A DNA stretch of 64,000 bases, taken from NCBI GenBank assembly GCA_030265395.1, contig JARFYF010000094.1, forward strand, positions 14,867,019-14,931,018, read 5' to 3'. Of this stretch, positions 28,401 through 43,400 are shown piece after piece. Made by a program: the position numbers and the translations under genes. The notes below the pieces were generated by a model. The model saw only the letters and a program-made list of their open reading frames with translations. It searched no databases and was not told the origin of the DNA. Position 1 is the stretch's first letter. Every line of letters starts with the position of its first letter. The DNA is from Rhina ancylostomus (lineage: Eukaryota).

Positions 28401-31400
28401 AACATGATAAAAGAATAAATATTTTATGGTGATCTGTGAACTCAATAACAAAGAGAAAGAGTTTACAGTTTTACAGAACCTTACACTGAGTGGATCAGCA
28501 TCTTGAAATACGAAAGTACTTTAAAGTGAGCTAACTTAGCCACGTTTGAAAGATTTTTTAAACACTAAATCACAACAAAAATGAAGCAAAGGCTGATAAG
28601 AATTTTAACTTGGATACTTAAAATAAAAATGTTTAATATAGCAAGAGTAGTATTTGAAGAAGAATGTTGCAGAAGCAGCCAGTCTACAATACTGTCTACA
28701 TTAGAGGATCATGGCTCAGGCTTATTGTGATGGTTCATACAATTTTGAAATATGAATGAAGCAATGAAATTAAGTTATTGAAAGTTCCTTAATTTGATTC
28801 CTTTAAGCCTTCCCACTAAGGTGAGTATATGATTTAATTTGGATGTTGATATTGAAATGTAATCCCACCAAATTACAAGCAGAGTGATTGCGGCATGCAT
28901 ATGACATCAGATCACTCCCCACCATCTTGAGTAAGGCATTGAGCTGGGAGGCCACATGCAATAGGCAAATCACGGGCCACAAGCCCATTTGTTCAGGCTT
29001 TGCCATGGCAACAGTGGGTCAGGCAGCAAGTGAGCCCACCCACTTTTGGCCCTGCCATGTCTTTTTGAAGGCAGCAACTGAACTAGGAAAGTTGGCCTGG
29101 ATGGTGGGGAAATCCCAATGCTCTTTGTAAATAGTGTCATTACTGGTGGTGAATTGTGTCACTACTGACACTGAGCGTTGAGATGCTCAAGAGCAGGACT
29201 CACAAGGGGAGGATGGGATAGGAAAGGGATGTGTCACGATGATCACGAGCAGCAGGCTTCAATATTTTAGTGGAGCCAACAGAAATACATTTGCTCATTT
29301 TCTGGACCATTTCTTGAGCACCAAACCCCAAGCTTCCCTCCATAAAATGAAATGTTTAAGTTGCTTCACAGCGTCAAGTAGCAAAGGTAGTCTTCCTCCT
29401 CAACCTTCAACCAGCAGCTACCCTTCTCAAAAGGTGAGAAGTGGGCTGTCAGTGCTTGAAAATCATGCCTGGGATCTTGATTGTTTTGAACTACAGGATT
29501 AAGGCAGGCAGGGGGAATGGAGAGGAAAGAGAAGACGTAACAGTCAGGGTGACACAAGAAATTATTAAATATACATTTCTGAAGAGAATTCTACACATAC
29601 AAGCACACACATAATTATTGAATACTACCTGAAAGATATCACCTCTGCATGAAAATCCAACCTTTTTGTAGCCATGATAACAGCTGCATGTTCGAGTACC
29701 TGGTCCTGTTTCTCGGCAATGAGCGAATAAACCACAGCCTCCATTGTTCTTCAGTGGAGGGTAAAGGCAGAAGACAAACAAGTATCATAGTTATTTTTAG
29801 ATTTAATGTCAGAAATGAATTTGATTTGCTGTAGAAATATTTGTTTTGAAGTCCAAAGTTTGTTCCTAACCTTCCTGCAAGGATTTTCAGGTTGACAAGA
29901 GATCCTGCCATCTCCGATGTAACCTGAGAGACAGTTGCATGCAACCTAAAAAGGGGAACACATCAAAGAAAACACGAGTTGCACACAAACATTTTGTACA
30001 GTTCACCACAACCAGAAAATCACAAGCTGCAGTTTTGAGGTTGTATTATTAATGAGCATTGCCAGCAGGATCTAGAACTGTTTTGGTCTGTGAAGACTGA
30101 CATGAAGAATTCATTCAACACAGCTGTCAGATTTTACCTAATGTATGCATCCAGCTTAACTCTTAAAAGATCCAGCTGTTGTGCAAGCTTAATTAACTCC
30201 ACACATTGTTAAAAGTCAGTTATTTTGATTCTGATCTTTATGCTACTGACAGTCCAATTCCCCTTCCTCCTCAACACTTCTAAAATGTTGAAGAATACAA
30301 CAACACGAGAAATCAATTACATAAAGCAGACAGATATTCTGAAAGAGAATCCTTGCCTTACCATATTTGGTCCAGTTTTGGTGCATTCTGCATTTTTATG
30401 ACAACCTCCATTTTGTTCTGCACACCCATCAATTTCTGAGAAGAAAACAATAACAGTGAGTTTTTAAAAAAAATTTTACTTACAGCGTGGTAACAGGCCC
30501 TTCCGACCCAATGAGTCCACACCGCCCATTTTAAGCCCATGCTAACCTACTCATACATCTTTGGAATGTGGGAGGAAACCAGAGCACCCGGAGGAAACCC
30601 ATGCAGACACGGGAGAATGTACAAACTCCTTACAGACAGCGACGGGAATCGAACCCCAATTGCTGGCACTGTAATAGCGTCACACTAACCGCTATGCTAC
30701 CGTGCCGCCATTAAACATATTAGGAATAATTGACAATATCTTCCAGTGGTCACTTTTTTTCTTCCATTGAGTTAGTTATGCTGGATGAAGGAGGAATTGT
30801 TCACCTTCATTTCTTTATGCTCTCAGGCCGATGTTTTCCACCTGGGTTGCCTTTGGACCAGAGATGACAAAGACTGAACTCTGTCCCTAAGCTGCATTCC
30901 ATCAGGAATTTTATTGGAAATAAGGTGCAGTATTGTGCAGGAAAGATTGAAGTGTTGTCACAACTCTTCATGATGCTTCAGTGTATTCTCTACTGCCATC
31001 AAGGGCACCTACAGCCCAAATACCTAAGGCCCCATCCCAATGAGAACTAAGAATGGAGTCAAATTTTCAAGAACAGAGAGGCAGTCATTTCCTGCAAGAA
31101 GAAACATTTCAAAGACTCCTCAAGCTGACTCTGCCCTTGACAATGAAAATCTTTGACCTCATTCCAAAGAAAGCAATTTGGTTCAGGCTTAACACCACCC
31201 CTGACAGGCAAGAAGTCAAGATGGCTAAGTGAAGAACAGAAAGGCCTTAGGGTCAGATGGAATCCCCAGTGAAGTTCTAAAACCTGGTGCAGAGGACCTT
31301 CAGTCACAAATTCACAAGCTCAACTCCACAACTGTGAAGAGGAGACTATGTCTGGGGACCTCAGAGATGTGGTGCTCGTGACTATCTGCAAGAAAGGAGA

Positions 31401-34400
31401 CAAATCTGATTATGGTAGCTACAGAGGGAGCTCCCTGCTGTCTGCCATAAGGAAAACTATTGCCACAGCTCTCCCAATGGCTGAAGAGTTGCTCCCCCAA
31501 ATTGCTGTGTGTTCTATCTATCTGGAGGCAAAATAGACATGATTTTCACCTTGCATCAACTCAAACAGAAAACCACTTTGAGCTGACAGGGATCATGGAG
31601 AGTCTTCTCAAATATGGCTGTCTGCAGACATTCATCTCCTCCTTTTGCCTGCTACCTGATGGCATGTAAGATATGAATTTAACCAAAGGGCCCACAACGA
31701 ATCCCAAACTGGAGTCAAGCAAAGCTGGAGATTTGTATTGGATAGGGAACTACACCATTAGCTCCACATTAGCTGGTGCCCCAAGCATTAATGTGGAACT
31801 AATATGCTGATCAGCAAGAGCTACATTAGACAGGAATCTCAGATCAGGGATCAGATTTGTAACACTGCACCTCTTGACACTGCTCCTCAGCAGACTCAGA
31901 GCCTCTCTCTCACCAGTCTGGAAGGAAAGGTGACAATACAGCATCTGGTGATTAAGTTCACAAAATTCCAAATGCAAGTGGCAAGGTCTTGGAATGCTTA
32001 CCATATAGGCAGCCAGCAGCTTTTAATCCCTGGATATACCCACTATCCCAACACTTCTGCCATTCCATCAGACGGGCATGCCATAAATAGTGTGGAACAC
32101 TTTAAGCAATGGACAAGCACAACAGAAAACCGATAATACTACGGTTAGTCCTTAGAATTAATCCAGATGGCTTGGCATGGTCTTTTACTCTGGTCCTCAC
32201 CTAAACAGATGAGTCCATCCCCGACGTAACCGTCCCAACAGGTACATGTTCTCTCTCCTGCAGAAACTTTGGTGCAGTTGGAATACTCTGAACAGCCGCC
32301 ATTTTTAATCTCACAGGGATTGATTTCTGTAAATAGAAAAACGGTGCTTCAATTTTGTGTTACAATTCCCTTCTCTAAACCATCTGACATTCAGACATTG
32401 AAAGTAAAGCTAATTTTCACAGCTGTTTTTTTAGCTGTCAAGTTAAAGTAGGATTCTAGTGGACAGCACCAGCCTAATCTAGCTTCAACCACAAGGTTAC
32501 CATGTTCCATGTAGTGACATGCCACTGGTTTTATCATCAGGGAGTGAAGAAAATTGTTATTTTTCTTTATTGTGTCAGTTTCTTTTAGTTGGCCAGTGCG
32601 TTCGATGCCAGACAACGTGAATGTTGAAACTGGATATTGAGCTTTGATGACTTGTGGACTGGCTTGGTCCTTCCATGATACAAATTCAGGGCAGGAATTT
32701 ACAATGCCTTTACTGACTGCACCTTGCTGGATATGCAGTTTGTCCAGTGAAGTCTGAAGAAACAATGAGAGAGATCCAGAGAGAAAGGCAGGCCTAGATT
32801 TGGCATTTGTCCTGCTGAACCAAATGCAGAATAGGTCTGTCTGCCCTCTCAGATAGGCTAATAATTCCCTGGCACTTTCTTCGATGAGGAGCTTGTGATG
32901 TCTCCCTCCCACCCCACCCCCAAGTCATCCTATCCCTTCTACCAACCTCATTTAAGGAAGAGATATCTGGCCATTATCACTAAGAGATCGTGGGAGCTGG
33001 CTGTTCATATGTTGGGAAGTCTCAGCGTGGGTGAAAGTGGGGAATGGTGAAAGAGGAGAAAACTCTCATGTGGATAGGAGCTCTTCTGAGTTGCATGTGC
33101 AAAACAGGCCACATAGCAGTGTTAGCGCGTTGCACCCTTCCTTGGCCTGAGTTCCTTGACTGAGGCATACTTGGGTCAGCTTCAGTCATGCTAGATACTC
33201 CTGAGATCACACAGCTTGTAGGCAAGTCCATCAGAGAGGGTGGTGTTGACTGCCCCACCTCTGACATCAGGATATTCCAGGAGTGAATGCTGGCAAGCCT
33301 CACCATTGAAGCTCCATCCAAGGGCAAATCTGCCGTAAAGCAGCACAATGAGTTGAAGAGCAGAGAGAGAGAGAGATCAGGCACGAGAGTTTGTTCTGCC
33401 CGTTTCTTGGTCTTAATGTGTTGCACGTTGCGTGTGATAGACAAGTGCCGCCTTGCAGCCCTATATGACCTCTCACCACANNNNNNNNNNNNNNNNNNNN
33501 NNNNNNNNNNNNNNNNNNNNNNNNNNNNNNNNNNNNNNNNNNNNNNNNNNNNNNNNNNNNNNNNNNNNNNNNNNNNNNNNACAACATTTTGACTTGTTTC
33601 CATGCACAGATGAATTGCTAGCCAAACATCTTTCCTTCCAACAATGAGAGGGGACACAGTGTTAAGTCATACCTGAGCAGTAAGTTCCGTTTCCACTGTA
33701 ACCAGCAGTGCATAAGCAAGAGGGCAGAGAGCCAGGTGACCCTAGAATGCAACTAAAACATATAAACGTTAAGCCTTTTATTTTAAATCAACAATGTTCA
33801 CATATTACTTTTTTATTATTGCCTTTCACCACTGGACAGCAGTGATTACAGATATAATATGGAATGCTGAGTGGTGCTTCTGTGGATCTGTACCAGGACA
33901 CACACTGTGTGTGGTAGATACTCAGTAGACGTAATCCAATAATATGACCAGATGTTTCTTTCATCAGCATGATGCAAGCATTTAAGAATGTTACCTCACT
34001 GCTACCTCTGCAATCAATTAACATCTGCATGAGCTAGAAAATATGGACCCATTTTAACTTAATAGACAAACAATAACACTTTAACTGCTTCTATTTGAAT
34101 TTGCCATCAAAAAATGAATTACAAGATAAACTGAAATTAAGTTTGTTTCACTCACTTAGCTTTGGGATGGCATGTTCCATTGCAGTGATCAATTACAATT
34201 TCTGAAAAAGAGAAAAAACAAGACATCTTGTCATAATTCATTTTGTTCATGAAAAATTAGAAATTTACAGAGCAGCATATTATTCCAATTCCTTCTTAAA
34301 TCAATCCCATGTTTGTACCAAATAGGCTTATAATTTGGTTCAGTTTAAAACTCCATGAAGAGGGTAAAAACCATTAGTGCTGCTATTGCATATAACCCCA

Positions 34401-37400
34401 AGTAGTGGAAAACAGTAGAAAAGATAAAAACAATAAGGCTGCTTCTCTTTTTAATTGGAATAAAAATTCCCCAGAGGCACTTTCCCCCAGTTGTGGAGGC
34501 TAGAAATGGGGCTGGGCCACTTAGGACTGAAATCTCACTATTTGCACAGTGAGATCTTTGGAATTCTGTAACTCATGGCTGTGTATGTCCAGTCACTGGG
34601 TTATTCAAAGTCAAGGAAACAAAGTGAATCAGAGGGTAAGTGAGAAATGAGCCGCAGGATTGGGCATAATCCTGTGGAATAGGAAAACAGAAAACAGAGG
34701 CCATCGAGCTCCTCCTGATTCTTATTTCTTACGTTCTTAAACTAGAATAAGAACTTTATTTTATATGAAAGCGATCCAGTTTCACAATCATGATGGGAAT
34801 AGCAGCAAAACTACAATAAATATAACACAGAAAATGGACCACGATAATGAATCAGTCATTGAGGAACAATCACTGTAACAAATTACACTGACGTCTACCA
34901 TAATGCAACACATTTGGGCGAATTTTCAACAGAAGATGCCAAGTACATGAAAGAAATTCATTTCAAAATAACTACAAGTTTCTCAGCGGAGTCAAACATG
35001 AAGTCAATATGTAGGGAGCAGGCATCGAGGACCAAATGCACTGCGAATCAAAAATCTCAGTCTGCCAGTGATGAAATAGAAGGATGTTAACTCTCTCACT
35101 GTCAGCCATCAAAACAAGGGGATGTTAAACAACAAAATATAACACAGCGGGAGAAGTCTTTTCTGTCCATTCTCAAAAAGCTTAAGATTGATACTTCAAG
35201 GAAAAATATAATTAATTTTTAAAATATATTTACAAACTACTTTCTGCTCAATATATTTGCTTTTTGTTTAATTCAACATTCCACTTACCTTTATCACAAT
35301 TTGTACCTTCCCACCCTTTGAAACAGTTACAGCTTCCATCACCATCCAGTCCATCATTGCAGTTCCCATTTACACACAAGCATTCTAAACACACATAAAT
35401 AAATACCTGGTTAATTGGACTGTAAAACGGGAAAAGGGGGAAGAAGCATTCAGATGTAAACTGATACACCATGACAACTTCTGATTTTAGTTATACTGTG
35501 GGAAGACTAGAAGAGCAAGTCAGGTCAAGCCATCAAACAGCTGCTTCCAAGCAACCACTTATAAAGTGGCATTAACAAATCAGCATTTATAATTCAACTG
35601 CCTACTCCTGAAGTTGAAGTAATTTAGTGGAAGAACTGAAGTGGAGGTGAAGATATTAACAAAATTATGCAAACATGTCTATAAATGTATACATATGTAG
35701 TTTATAAAATTATGAGAGACATAGATAGGGTAGATCGTCAAGATTTTTATCCCAGGGAAGAAATGTCAAATACCAGAGAACATGCATTTAAGGTGAGAGG
35801 GGGAAAGTTAAAGGAGATGGGCAGGACAAGTTTTTGTTTAAAACACAGAGAGGTGGGTGCCTGGAATAGGCTGCCAGGGGTAGTGGTGATACAATAGTGG
35901 TGTTTAAGAGGCTGTTGGATAGACACATGAACATGCAGGGAATGGATGGACATGGATCATGTACAGGCAGAAGAGATTTAGTTTAATTCGGCATTGTGTT
36001 TTCTGCAGACATCATTGGCTGAAGGGCCTGTTCCTGTGCTGTACTGTTCTATGCATGTACTTCAAATAATAAAAACCTAATAGCAAAAGTTAGTACAATA
36101 CTATCTCCAAAGTCAGTGCGACACTAAACACCACTTATGTATAAAACAAATATGAGGTGTACGCTCTCCTCTCTAGTAGTTAAAGAAGGCTGAGCAGGGT
36201 GTGGTCACTTACACCAGCACATTCTCCTTCACATTGAACACAATCATATTTGCTCAAAACTACTTACAAACACAGTGATATGCCAAAATGATGGGACATC
36301 TTCGAATTGCAATCAAATTTATAGCCCTCAATTATAGAAATAAAACAGGAAATAAATAATTCAAGAACCTGTGAAGGTTGGTCCTCATTGCTTATTGATG
36401 AGTACAGTAAGCACATTTACATCAGGAATAACACAGGTTATAATGCCTATTTATCCTTGAATCAAAAAAATGAATATTACTGAATCATTAATTACTATTC
36501 TAATTCAGTCATAAATTGAGGTGTGTATAGTCCATACCAAGTGTGCAATTTGTTCCGTATCTTCCAGCTTCACAAGATTCACAGGCAGTGCCTTGAAATC
36601 CTTCATGACACAGACACTCTCCAGTTCCATTAATACCATCCTGACAGATGCCGTATTTGGAACACCAGGCATTTGGCTTTCCAGGGCACATCTGGCACCT
36701 TGGTCCAAAGTATCCGAAACAGCAATCTACAGTCTAAAACAAGCAAATATAGCAATGAAGTGTGAATAAGGAAACAGATAAAGGAGCTGCTTTAAGACAG
36801 ACCTTAATTAGACTTCCTTTGAATCCAATGCCAAACCAACACCAGCACCTCTCCTGGGGCAGCACCTTCACCATAAAAGCTCTGGTCATGCACAACCTCT
36901 ATGAATGTGGGCAGACAACATTACCCACATTCCTGACACCAGACTCCTGAAACAAGCCACATACTGAGAGCGTCATTGCTGTCATTATTTTCCACGAGGA
37001 CAGAGAAAATGCTTCAGGGAAGTTCTAAAAGTCTCCATAGCAAAACATATCATTATCACCAACTCACGGGAATCCCAGGCCTGGTAGAAATGGAGAAAGA
37101 GCATGCAGGGAGGTATTGAGCACATCGACTATCTACACAGGGAGCACAAGAAGACAATGCACAAACAGGGGGAGGAGTATACAACATTCCGAACAATCCA
37201 CCTGCCCATCAAACACCATCTGCCTCATCTGTGGCAGAGTATGCAGATCTCACATGGGATTCTTCAGCCACCTCAAAACCCAGCAGAACTGGAGTGGAAG
37301 TCAGTCATCCTCAGGCCCAAGGGACAGCCTCAGAAGAGGACAAGGAGAAAAAAGGTCTGCTTTGTGTTGATACTGTAAGATCATCTCATTTTCAATCTTG

Positions 37401-40400
37401 CATTTATGGACGATAATGATGCTGGCCTAGAAGATATTATCTTTACTGGTATGCATGAAGCCAACTAAATCCAAAATAAAATTTAGTGAGAGACAACAAA
37501 TATTCCATTGGTGTTCAGAATACTCTTGCAATTTTTGAAGTTTATTGTCTCAAGTACTTTATTTTATTCAAAATCTGAAAGTGTGTAAAAACAAACTACC
37601 ATTCTGTAAAACAATGCCATGCAAACAAGGCAAATACTCACAGAGTTGCATGTTAAATAACTACGATAAAGCAGTTGTTACATCTTAATGTAACACATGC
37701 ACCCTTTGGATATTCTTCTGATTTCCACCTCCTGTAGTGGATATAATTTATTACCCCTTCCTTTCACAGCTAGGATGGCAGCTCAATTCATCAAATGGAG
37801 TGTCCATTTTTAAAATAAGGATTGGGACCTCAGCCCATGGATCAGCTTGCATTTTGCTTAACATTTTAGTATTGCTTTATATTTCTGTTTAGATATTCTT
37901 TACAACTCCAATATCAAAATATCACAGGCGTATTCCAATTGGCAATTTTCACACTCAATTATTATTCCATATCTATTGCCTCTGAACATTCAACAGCAAC
38001 ACAGCACTCATCTGTAATGACCATCACAGCAAAATAGCAAAGAGACTCTCACTATCCAGACAAAGAAACAAAATTAACACTTGGATCCGTCTGTGCCTCA
38101 AGAAGATAGAGGAAAAATTAGGATTGGAAACAAGACATAATGGCAGTGACATGTGGAAATTAAACTTACAATTGTTACTTGCATGCAGCTGGGTCTGCAG
38201 CCAGTACGCTTTAAATTTCTGCCATTTCTGAATTGTTTATAAATGCAGTTTGGTGTTCTGACTTGGCCAGGAAATTCCTAAGCACACAAAAAATGTGTAC
38301 AACTCAATATGACATACTTCATTGACTTTGAACCTCAACATCCAACAGAATTACATTAAAAATCACCATGTGAAATACTTCATGATTTATGACAATGTTA
38401 AAAACATAAATTTATCAAGTTAAGGAAATTACATAAAAAATAAACATTTATGCACATATGTATCATGCTCAGCCTTTGTCAGAGATCCCCACTATTATAG
38501 ATGCCAGATCGATTCAATGCATGTGACGTCAAGAAATGGATCTATTTTACTGAACATAGTGAACTGAGTGGTTCCTGACAGAACCTTAGCCATATAGCTT
38601 ATGATTTTTAGTCCAGAATTGGCCATGCCACACACTAAGGTGATCCAACATAGTTATAACACTTATTTGTCAGATAATGTGGAAAATTGCACTGGTATGT
38701 CTTGTTCACCAATGGTAAGGAAAATCCAGCCTAACTAGTTACTGCTCTATCAATCTATTCCCAATTNNNNNNNNNNNNNNNNNNNNNNNNNNNNNNNNNN
38801 NNNCTGCTCACCGCTGTTCAGTTTAGTTTTCTCCGGGGCCAGATGCTTCAGTAGTCTCTATAACCTTGGTAAAATGTGGGCCTGATTTCTGAAGGTGAGA
38901 TGAAAACAAATGCCTTGACAACAAGGTAGTATTCATCCAGGTGCAGTGATACAGGGTCGCAGTGGAAGTGATATCAGTGGAATTAGATGAAGGATGGTAT
39001 GGTTATTGGAAACTTTCAGCTCAGCTCAAGACATCGCTGTATTCTGTGTCTTGGCGGAATTATTTTCAACTACTTTATTAGAACTTTGCCTCCAGCATTA
39101 AGTCAAGAATGGAGCCGTTTGGTAATGATTTCACAGTGTTTGCCCTTTGCAGTTCTGCAGATAATTAAAGAGTTACATCTACATGCAGCAGGACCTCTAC
39201 ACTATTTATACGGCAGCTAATAAGTGACAAGCAACCTGCATGTCACAAATTAAAAGGCAATGATGAAGTCTCACAAGAGAGAACTGAGCCGCTCTCTATT
39301 ACATTCAATGGCATGACCAACTCCAAGTATCCCATCAATAAAAACACTGAGAAATCAAAAAGACACTGGCCCTGGTAAAATGGCAAACATTGTGCTGAAT
39401 GCTTAAGCTTCAGAACCAATCATGTCTCTATCCAAGCCATTCCAGCAGAGCTACAGCATTGGCATCTACCCAACAATGTGTTAAAACAACTCAATTATGT
39501 CCTGACAAAGCAGAACAAATCCAAATCAATTACTGCGCCTTCACTATCGTCAATCATCAGTAAAGTGATGACTGGCATTGGTGTTCCTGAAACTCAGTTC
39601 GGATTCAGCCTGAAGCACTTGGTTCTAAACCTTACTCTAACTTGAACAAGGGAACTGTATTCAAAAGGCGAGATGAGAGTGACGGTCCCATTGATTCAAG
39701 ACAGCATTTAACGGAACGTGGCGTCAAGAAACCCTGGGTAATCTGAAGGCAATGGGAATCATGAATCGAACTCTCCCACTGGCTGGAGTTTTATTTGGCA
39801 TAAAGGAAGGTGGCTGTCACTTTCACCTCACCCATTGGCCTCAGATCTGCTGCTGTTGATGGTCCACAGCATTTTCTAAATACCATGCTTTGAGCTGCTA
39901 GCTCAGCCATAAATATGTCCTGTTTAGCTTGCTGCTACTAAACATGTTGGAGGGAAAGCTCAGTGTGAAGGCAGGATTTAGACATCACAAGGACTGCACA
40001 CTATAATGTCATGGACAGCTAAATTAATGAGATTGATTTTGGTCTTCACTCATGTTCATTCTCATATCTTTGGTGCAGGATTTGCAATGTACTTCATGCT
40101 TCATACAGATGAGACAGTGGTGGCACTGAAGTCACAGAGGATATGACGTGTTCTTACTTTCCTCAGTGCCTATCCTAAGGAGGACTGGTCCATCATCTGC
40201 AAGTGAGCAGTAGGTGTAAATCAGCAAGAGCTTTCTCTTGGTGGCCATTGTTTTGATTACACCTGTAATATTTGATCTCCTTACCTAATAAAGGTGCTAC
40301 TTGCTGTGGAGGGAGTGCAGTGAAGATTTACTAGATTGGATCCTGGGATGACAGGTATGCCATAGGATTGAGTAGGTTCTCTGGCGTTTAGAAGAATGAG

Positions 40401-43400
40401 AGGGGTCCTCACTGAAATGTATAAAATACTTAGAGTCTTTGACAGGGTAGATATGAGAGAATGTTTCCCCTACCCCTCTAAATAACGGGTAGACCACTTA
40501 GGATTGAAATGAGGAGAAATTTCTTCATTGGAGAATGAATCCTTGAAATTCTCTATCCCTGACAGCTGTGGTGGTTCAGCCATCAGCTTCATTCAAACCT
40601 GACATTGATAGATTCTTGAATATTAGCAAAATCAAAAGATGTGGGGAGAGGGCAGGATAATGCTTTTGAGCCAGAAGATTAGCCACGATTTTGGTGAATG
40701 GCAAAGCAGGTTCAAATGGTCATGTTCTTATGTTCTTAAGTTCTCATCACGTCAGATCTGATGATGAGACATGGCAACTCCAGTCTCAACATAAAGAACT
40801 CCAGACGTACTCCTGCTAGCTGCACTCCTCAGTCCCGCCACCTCTAGGAAGTCGAGTATTCAGGTGGTGTCCTTACCTAAACAGAAGTTATATTTGCTGT
40901 GGAGGGAGTGCAGCAGAGGTTGGTGCCTGGTTTGGCAGATCTGTTGTACGTGGAAAGATTGAGTGAGCCGGGTCTCTATTCTTTAGAGATTAGAAGCATA
41001 AGAGATGACATTATTGAAATGTATAAAATTCTTTGAGAAATCATTATGAAGGAGTCAGGAACATTTTCAGTTTTCGGGGGCAAAGAAATCTGAACTGTGC
41101 AACATAATAATAGAGTGGAACCCAGCATATGCATTCATTATTGATACATCTAATGCATTAAGCATCAGAAAGCCAAGTCAAAATTACAAAGTCTATCGCC
41201 GAATAAAGCACTCCAGTCTTAGACACATTTTATGTATTAGAATTTTTACATTTTCTTCTCACTTTGTAGTTTGCACAGTTTCAATGGGATGAGTAGACAG
41301 CCAGTTCAGCTCATCAGCACAATATGCAACCTCAAAAGAAGCCACAAATTTGTGACAAGGACTTCTAAAGCTCTTATCTGCACAAGTGTTCAGACCTTGG
41401 CTGAGTTATTAGATGATTCACTGTTCAGAAATTAGATATTCCTTCAAATCATGGAAAAACTGGAATCCATTTATATTCAAATTCCCTGCCAACAAAGTCA
41501 TTCACTGACAACATTTTACATCCCTTGCAATAAATCATTTATGGAAAGTTGGAATTAATCTCTTTCAGAATTATTTTGCAAAGAGAGAAATGTAAGGGCT
41601 CAAGGGATTACGTTGGGAAAGAAGAGCAAAACCAAAGATGGCTTCAGAATCTTTACTTACCATAAGGGTAGTCCCTTCAGGACATATGGGGTTAAGATCA
41701 CAGCTGCCACAAATTCCCTTAAAAAGAAAAGACATTAACTCTGATTTGTGTTCTGTTACACTGGCATGTGATTATACACAATATATAATCAAGCTAAGAT
41801 CTAAGAAATTTTTCTCTTGATGTGACATGAAAATAACACAAATAAAAAATACTTTATACAAAAGATATTCAATCCTCTATTGAGCAATTTGACTATGGGA
41901 AAACAACATGCAATGGTTGATAAAAGTATTTTACTTGATGCTGTTCAGAACTACATTAATCACATCAAGTCATGTGCATAATGTGAAAATTTTTTTTTAA
42001 AAACTGGATTTAAAACAGAAAATACTCAACAGCTCAGGCAAATTCTGAGGAGAGAGACAGAGACGATGTTTACGTCTCAGGTTGATGACCCGTCCTCAGT
42101 TCTGATACAAAGCCATTCCCCCATTGCTGCTTGACCAGTTCAGTATTTCCAACGTACCCTGATTTTGATTCATATTTCCAGCAACCAGTATTTTGATTTT
42201 ATAGAATCACTCAGAGCTTGAATCAGGATTTTATACTTAAATTTATGATGGATTAGGGAATTTTTTACAATAGCAACAAATGGAATCATTGGATTTTGAT
42301 GCCTAGATCTGTAGGTCTGTGTGGAGTAGAACATCTGTCCCAGTTGCACTAAACACTATATTGAGGGCTATAAAATCCTCAAAGCTCACTCTCCAAACTG
42401 TTGTGTCATGGAACAATCAGATATGTGCCTGCACCTGCAACTCCCCACAATTTGTAAGTGCCCCATTTCAACCATACCACTTGGAGTGGTTACAAACAAG
42501 AGGCAGCATAATAAAGGATTAGTTTAAGCAGCTGCTTTCAGTTGTTGTAAGAAAAACAGAAGCTTCCTGGTGATATTTCTTCAGCCTCCTTTGTTTGGAA
42601 GCATGTAAAGAAGTTAAAGGGAACAATACTGAAGCTGCCTTCATCAACGTATCACATCCAGACACGTGCATTGCAGATCCAGGTATCAAGTTCCAAAGGC
42701 ATGATGTTTGGGAGGTAATTTTGGTTACTGTAAAAAAATAACGTAGTGTTGATGGATGACAGGAGAATCAAGGTGGAGATGGTGAGCATGTGAAAGAGAA
42801 TTGGTCACAGGGAAGTAAGTGAGGCAATGGGATTAATAACTTCTTTCTGAAGGCTGGCATAGTCTCCATGGACCTCCTTCCTCCTGATGAGAAATTCCAA
42901 TGATTCTGTTTGTTACTCTTCCATAGTGTACCTAATCCATTACAAATTTAAGTACTAACTCCTGATTCAACCAATGAGTTATTTCTATAAATTTAAAATA
43001 TTCTGACTGCTGGAAATCTGACAGAAAATCAGAATATACTAAAGATACTGAGCAGGTCAGGAAACATCAGTGGAAGAGAACAGAGCTAATTTTTCAGGGT
43101 GATGACCTTGCAGCAGGATTTATGAAACGTCATCAACCTTAAAGTCAAGAGACACAAACCACCAATCTATGCATACACACACATTGTAGTATTTCGTACA
43201 TACCTCTACAATTACAGTCTCGTTAGTGTCACATCTATTCTTCTGTAATTGGAGGACTTGAGTTGTTCCCAGCAATATCCCATGTCTTGTCTCATTGTGA
43301 AATTCATTTAGTGGTACATTATTAACAAAAATCTGGAAAAATTATTGTATTTTCTGTCAATAATAATGAAATAACAGCTAAGTTTTTATGTGAATTATCG

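Noticed and set aside
28520-28564. Alternative candidate for the small FAS1-start exon ([15 protein letters not shown])
   Set aside because: 28301-28348 has better splice signals, size and residue pattern
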